DNA of 64,000 nucleotides from NCBI RefSeq assembly GCF_056712565.1, contig NZ_CM160072.1; one strand, 5' to 3'. Shown piece by piece: positions 59,153 to 64,000 of this stretch (position 1 is its first letter; each line of letters starts with the position of its first letter). The notes under the pieces were generated by a model. It saw only the letters and a program-made list of their open reading frames with translations, ran no database searches and was not told where the DNA came from. The position numbers and the translations under genes were made by a program.

Positions 59153-61052
59153 TGCAGCCGGTGCGATAGCTACAGGGCTTTTATCTCTCATTATTCCTGT
59201 TCCACTGACGACAGTTCAGTGGGCCAATAAACATTATTACCTTCCTAAAGAGTCGTCTTATACCCCGGGGCGATGGGAAACACTGCCGTTTCAGGTTGGC
59301 ATCATGAACTGTATGGGCAACGATCTGATTCGCACGGTTAACCTGATTAAATCTGCCCGTGTTGGTTATACAAAGATGTTGCTGGGAGTGGAGGCTTATT
59401 TTATTGAGCATAAATCACGCAACAGCCTTCTTTTTCAGCCCACGGACTCAGCTGCTGAAGATTTTATGAAATCTCATGTTGAGCCAACGATAAGGGATGT
59501 TCCTGCATTGCTGGAGCTGGCTCCATGGTTCGGAAGAAAACACCGCGATAATACGCTCACCCTGAAGCGTTTTTCCTCCGGTGTGGGGTTCTGGTGTCTG
59601 GGTGGTGCGGCAGCAAAAAACTACCGTGAAAAATCCGTGGATGTGGTCTGTTATGACGAGCTTTCCTCGTTCGAACCGGATGTTGAAAAAGAGGGTTCGC
59701 CAACCCTGCTGGGGGATAAACGTATTGAGGGCTCTGTATGGCCAAAATCCATTCGCGGCTCGACGCCTAAAATCAAAGGCTCCTGCCAGATCGAAAAAGC
59801 CGCTAACGAGTCGGCACACTTCATGCGTTTTTATGTGCCCTGTCCGCACTGTGGGGAGGAGCAGTATCTGAAATTTGGCGATGATGCCTCGCCTTTCGGT
59901 CTTAAGTGGGAGAAGAATAAGCCAGAAAGTGTTTTCTACCTTTGTGAGCATCATGGCTGTGTGATCCATCAGTCTGAGCTTGACCAGAGTAACGGGCGGT
60001 GGATCTGTGAAAACACGGGCATGTGGACTCGTGACGGTCTGACATTTTTCAGCGCCGCGGATAATGAAATTCCGCCGCCGCGCTCCATCACTTTCCATAT
60101 CTGGACGGCGTACAGTCCGTTCACCACCTGGGTACAGATTGTCTATGACTGGCTGGATGCACTGAAAGATCCCAACGGCCTGAAAACCTTTGTGAACACC
60201 ACGCTGGGCGAGACCTGGGAAGAGGCTGTGGGCGAAAAACTCGATCACCAGGTGCTGATGGATAAGGTTGTGCGTTACACGGCGGCGGTGCCTGCCCGGG
60301 TGGTTTATCTGACGGCGGGCATTGACTCGCAGCGAAACCGTTTTGAGATGTATGTCTGGGGATGGGCTCCGGGAGAGGAAGCCTTTCTGGTGGATAAAAT
60401 CATCATTATGGGGCGTCCCGATGAGGAAGAGACGCTGTTACGTGTGGATGCGGCGATCAACAAAAAATACCGCCATGCAGACGGAACCGAAATGACCATT
60501 TCCCGTGTCTGCTGGGACATCGGGGGGATCGATGGCGAAATCGTTTATCAGAGGTCAAAAAAACACGGTGTTTTCCGGGTGCTGCCGGTAAAAGGCGCAT
60601 CTGTCTATGGCAAGCCGGTGATCACCATGCCAAAAACCCGCAATCAGCGGGGCGTGTATCTGTGTGAAGTGGGGACGGACACCGCAAAAGAAATTCTCTA
60701 TGCCCGTATGAAAGCCGATCCCACGCCTGTGGATGAAGCCACGTCGTATGCTATCCGTTTTCCTGATGATCCGGAGATTTTTTCGCAGACAGAGGCGCAG
60801 CAACTGGTCGCGGAAGAGCTTGTGGAGAAGTGGGAAAAAGGAAAGATGCGTCTGCTGTGGGATAACAAAAAGCGGCGTAACGAAGCGCTGGACTGCCTGG
60901 TGTATGCCTACGCGGCATTACGTGTGTCCGTGCAACGCTGGCAGCTTGATCTGGCTGTACTGGCAAAATCCCGGGAAGAAGAGACGACCCGGCCAACCCT
61001 TAAAGAACTGGCAGCGAAGCTGTCCGGAGGAGTGAATGGTTACAGTCGCTGA
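59124..61052 (+). CDS. A: Terminase large subunit (gpA type)
   Basis: From ATG at 59124 ([13 protein letters not shown]...); blocks [45 protein letters not shown] track remembered lambda gpA. Confidence 0.93.
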   Translation: MISDAQKAANAAGAIATGLLSLIIPVPLTTVQWANKHYYLPKESSYTPGRWETLPFQVGIMNCMGNDLIRTVNLIKSARVGYTKMLLGVEAYFIEHKSRNSLLFQPTDSAAEDFMKSHVEPTIRDVPALLELAPWFGRKHRDNTLTLKRFSSGVGFWCLGGAAAKNYREKSVDVVCYDELSSFEPDVEKEGSPTLLGDKRIEGSVWPKSIRGSTPKIKGSCQIEKAANESAHFMRFYVPCPHCGEEQYLKFGDDASPFGLKWEKNKPESVFYLCEHHGCVIHQSELDQSNGRWICENTGMWTRDGLTFFSAADNEIPPPRSITFHIWTAYSPFTTWVQIVYDWLDALKDPNGLKTFVNTTLGETWEEAVGEKLDHQVLMDKVVRYTAAVPARVVYLTAGIDSQRNRFEMYVWGWAPGEEAFLVDKIIIMGRPDEEETLLRVDAAINKKYRHADGTEMTISRVCWDIGGIDGEIVYQRSKKHGVFRVLPVKGASVYGKPVITMPKTRNQRGVYLCEVGTDTAKEILYARMKADPTPVDEATSYAIRFPDDPEIFSQTEAQQLVAEELVEKWEKGKMRLLWDNKKRRNEALDCLVYAYAALRVSVQRWQLDLAVLAKSREEETTRPTLKELAAKLSGGVNGYSR

Positions 61053-61242
61053 ACTGCAGGCGCTGCGTCAGGCGCGCCTTGATTTATTAACCGGTAAACG
61101 GGTGGTGTCTGTCCAGAAAGATGGTCGCAGAATTGAATATACGGCGGCTTCTCTGGATGAGCTTAACCGGGCGATCAATGATGCGGAGTCGGTACTGGGG
61201 ACAACCCGGTGTCGCCGTCGTCCGCTGGGAGTGAGGTTATGA
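61036..61242 (+). CDS. W: Head-tail joining protein W
   Basis: 68 aa ORF between A and the portal gene, coupled to both. Confidence 0.85.
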   Translation: MVTVAELQALRQARLDLLTGKRVVSVQKDGRRIEYTAASLDELNRAINDAESVLGTTRCRRRPLGVRL

Positions 61243-62831
61243 AACGAACGCCTGTCCTGATTGATGTGAACGGCGTTCCGCTTCGTGAGAGTCTCAGCTA
61301 CAACGGGGGCGGTGCAGGATTTGGCGGGCAAATGGCTGAGTGGTTGCCACCGGCGCAGAGTGCCGATGCGGCCCTGCTGCCCGCGTTGCGTCTGGGGAAT
61401 GCCCGGGCAGATGATCTGGTGCGCAATAACGGAATAGCGGCTAATGCGGTGGCTCTGCATAAGGATCACATTGTCGGGCATATGTTTCTGATTAGCTACC
61501 GTCCGAACTGGCGCTGGCTGGGGATGCGGGAGACCGCAGCAAAAAGCTTTGTCGATGAGGTGGAGGCGGCCTGGTCGGAATACGCCGAAGGGATGTTTGG
61601 CGAGATCGACGTGGAAGGAAAACGCACGTTCACGGAATTTATCCGTGAAGGTGTGGGCGTTCATGCGTTTAACGGCGAAATCTTTGTGCAGCCGGTCTGG
61701 GATACGGAGAGTACGCAACTGTTTCGTACGCGTTTTAAAGCCGTGAGTCCGAAACGGGTGGACACGCCAGGACACGGTATCGGGAACCGTTTTCTGCGGG
61801 CCGGTGTGGAGGTTGATCGATATGGCCGTGCCGTCGCGTACCATATCTGTGAGGATGATTTTCCGTTCTCTGGTAGTGGACGATGGGAACGGATCCCGCG
61901 TGAACTTCCCACCGGGCGTCCGGCCATGCTGCATATTTTCGAGCCGGTGGAGGACGGGCAGACCCGTGGGGCTAATCAGTTTTACAGCGTTATGGAACGG
62001 CTGAAGATGCTCGATTCCCTGCAGGCAACACAGCTTCAGTCGGCCATAGTGAAGGCGATGTATGCAGCGACGATTGAAAGTGAACTTGATACCGAAAAGG
62101 CCTTTGAATATATCGCCGGCGCGCCACAGGAGCAGAAGGATAATCCGCTTATTAATATTCTGGAGAAGTTTTCCAGCTGGTATGACACGAATAGCGTGAC
62201 GCTGGGCGGTGTCAAAATTCCGCACCTTTTCCCTGGTGATGATCTGAAACTACAGACTGCGCAGGATTCAGACAATGGATTTTCTGCGCTTGAACAGGCG
62301 CTGCTGCGGTATATCGCCGCCGGTCTTGGCGTTTCCTACGAACAGTTGTCCCGTGATTACTCGAAGGTCAGTTACTCAAGTGCCCGCGCCTCCGCCAATG
62401 AGTCGTGGCGCTATTTTATGGGGCGGCGAAAATTTATTGCGGCCCGGCTGGCCACGCAGATGTTTTCCTGCTGGCTGGAAGAGGCACTTCTTCGGGGGAT
62501 TATTCGTCCGCCACGGGCACGTTTTGATTTTTATCAGGCGCGATCAGCCTGGTCACGGGCAGAGTGGATTGGTGCCGGAAGAATGGCCATTGACGGGCTC
62601 AAGGAAGTCCAGGAATCAGTGATGCGCATTGAGGCCGGACTGAGCACGTATGAGAAAGAGCTGGCGCTGATGGGCGAGGATTATCAGGACATTTTCCGCC
62701 AGCAGGTCAGGGAATCTGCTGAGCGGCAAAAAGCCGGACTCTCACGTCCGGTGTGGATAGAGCAGGCGTATCAGCAGCAGATAGCGGAGAGTCGCAGGCC
62801 GGAAGAGGAGACAACACCACGTGAGACGTAA
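61239..62831 (+). CDS. B: Portal protein (gpB)
   Basis: From ATG at 61239 overlapping the W stop (MKRTPVLIDVNGVPLRESLSYNGGGAGFGGQMAEWL...). Confidence 0.92.
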   Translation: MKRTPVLIDVNGVPLRESLSYNGGGAGFGGQMAEWLPPAQSADAALLPALRLGNARADDLVRNNGIAANAVALHKDHIVGHMFLISYRPNWRWLGMRETAAKSFVDEVEAAWSEYAEGMFGEIDVEGKRTFTEFIREGVGVHAFNGEIFVQPVWDTESTQLFRTRFKAVSPKRVDTPGHGIGNRFLRAGVEVDRYGRAVAYHICEDDFPFSGSGRWERIPRELPTGRPAMLHIFEPVEDGQTRGANQFYSVMERLKMLDSLQATQLQSAIVKAMYAATIESELDTEKAFEYIAGAPQEQKDNPLINILEKFSSWYDTNSVTLGGVKIPHLFPGDDLKLQTAQDSDNGFSALEQALLRYIAAGLGVSYEQLSRDYSKVSYSSARASANESWRYFMGRRKFIAARLATQMFSCWLEEALLRGIIRPPRARFDFYQARSAWSRAEWIGAGRMAIDGLKEVQESVMRIEAGLSTYEKELALMGEDYQDIFRQQVRESAERQKAGLSRPVWIEQAYQQQIAESRRPEEETTPRET

Positions 62832-64000
62832 TCTTTCACACATTATTGCCGCAGCATTCAATGAACCGCTGCTTCTGGAGCCCGCCTATGCGCGGGTTTT
62901 CTTTTGCGCGCTCGGGCGCGAGATGGGGGCAGCAAGTCTTTCGGTACCACAACAGCAGGTACAGTTTGATGCTCCCGGAATGCTGGCTGAAACGGACGAG
63001 TACATGGCCGGAGGTAAACGACCGGCCCGTGTTTACCGGGTGGTGAACGGTATTGCTGTACTGCCGGTGACCGGCACGCTGGTGCACCGGCTGGGTGGTA
63101 TGCGGCCATTTTCCGGAATGACAGGCTATGACGGCATTGTCGCCTGTCTTCAGCAGGCAATGGCGGATAGCCAGGTGCGGGGCGTACTGCTGGACATTGA
63201 CAGTCCGGGCGGGCAGGCCGCCGGCGCGTTTGACTGCGCTGACATGATTTACCGCCTCCGTCAGCAGAAGCCGGTCTGGGCACTGTGCAATGACACGGCC
63301 TGTTCTGCAGCCATGCTGCTGGCGTCGGCCTGCTCCCGACGGCTGGTTACCCAGACATCCCGTATCGGCTCCATTGGCGTGATGATGAGCCATGTCAGCT
63401 ATGCCGGTCATCTGGCGCAGGCCGGTGTGGATATCACGCTGATTTACTCAGGGGCGCACAAGGTGGATGGCAATCAGTTTGAAGCGTTGCCGGCAGAGGT
63501 TCGCCAGGACATGCAGCAGCGGATTGATGCGGCGCGCCGGATGTTTGCCGAAAAAGTGGCGATGTATACCGGTCTGTCTGTTGATGCCGTCACGGGAACA
63601 GAGGCTGCCGTTTTTGAAGGTCAGTCCGGCATTGAGGCCGGGCTGGCGGATGAATTAATCAATGCGTCGGATGCCATCAGTGTGATGGCCACGGCGCTGA
63701 ACAGTAATGTCAGAGGAGGCACTATGCCGCAATTAACTGCAACGGAAGCCGCCGCGCAGGAGAACCAGCGAGTGATGGGGATCCTGACATGCCAGGAAGC
63801 GAAAGGACGTGAACAGCTTGCCACGATGCTGGCAGGACAACAGGGCATGAGCGTTGAACAGGCCCGGGCGATTCTGGCCGCGGCGGCACCGCAGCAGCCG
63901 GTGGCATCCACGCAGAGTGAAGCCGATCGCATTATGGTGTGTGAAGAAGCGAACGGTCGTGAACAACTGGCGGCAACGCTGGCGGCGATGCCGGAGATGA
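62821..64000 (+). CDS. C: Head maturation protease C (S49/ClpP-like), 3' end cut by window edge
   Basis: GTG start at 62821 after AGGAG RBS; frame open to window end; VRRNLSHIIAAAFNEPLLLEPAYARVFF... parallels lambda C; missing from the ORF track because no stop falls in the window. Confidence 0.85.
   Translation, partial: MRRNLSHIIAAAFNEPLLLEPAYARVFFCALGREMGAASLSVPQQQVQFDAPGMLAETDEYMAGGKRPARVYRVVNGIAVLPVTGTLVHRLGGMRPFSGMTGYDGIVACLQQAMADSQVRGVLLDIDSPGGQAAGAFDCADMIYRLRQQKPVWALCNDTACSAAMLLASACSRRLVTQTSRIGSIGVMMSHVSYAGHLAQAGVDITLIYSGAHKVDGNQFEALPAEVRQDMQQRIDAARRMFAEKVAMYTGLSVDAVTGTEAAVFEGQSGIEAGLADELINASDAISVMATALNSNVRGGTMPQLTATEAAAQENQRVMGILTCQEAKGREQLATMLAGQQGMSVEQARAILAAAAPQQPVASTQSEADRIMVCEEANGREQLAATLAAMPEM

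Larger units (their letters stand above)
38491..64000. mobile_element. Lambdoid prophage (left 25.5 kb) integrated at the icd 3' end; right end beyond the window
   Basis: Contiguous phage gene set in lambda-prophage order from int to head gene C, with cos site in the middle; exact att core not delimited. Confidence 0.9.

Noticed and set aside
59448-60248. 266-aa minus-strand ORF inside the terminase large subunit gene
   Set aside because: Antisense to gene A, whose translation matches lambda gpA along its whole length.
61068-63411. 385-aa and 191-aa minus-strand ORFs across the portal and C genes
   Set aside because: Antisense to portal (B) and protease (C) genes that have clear lambda-like translations; the real C gene is on the plus strand from a GTG at 62821.

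Overview
The window has two parts. Positions 1-38490 are a run of Enterobacterial (E. coli-type) core chromosome in the K-12 gene order ptsG(partial)-fhuE-hinT-ycfL-lpoB-thiK-nagZ-ycfP-ndh-ycfJ-comR-bhsA-ldtC-mfd-ycfT-lolCDE-nagK-cobB-ycfZ-ymfA-potDCBA-pepT-roxA-phoQP-purB-hflD-mnmA-nudJ-rluE-icd, with REP elements, intrinsic terminators and a PhoP box. From about 38500 to the window end is the left 25.5 kb of a lambdoid prophage inserted at the icd 3' end (the site e14 uses in K-12, and phage 21's site). It runs in lambda-prophage order: int-xis, exo-bet-gam-kil-cIII-ea10-ral, sieB, N, immunity region (cI-cro-cII), lambda-type O/P/ren/nin genes with ori iterons, Dam-like methyltransferase, rusA, Q, an Lc/NmpC-like porin, phage-21-type lysis genes, bor, cos, and head genes Nu1-A-W-B-C (C runs off the window). 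The prophage is a mosaic of lambda, phage 21/DLP12 and H-19B/933W-like modules. The most interesting feature is a two-gene cassette of unknown function (46073-47379, 185 aa and 250 aa) sitting exactly where lambda carries rexAB, co-oriented with cI and closed by an intrinsic terminator; I regard it as a candidate uncharacterised prophage defence system. All identifications rest on reading the translations against remembered protein sequences; no database search was run.
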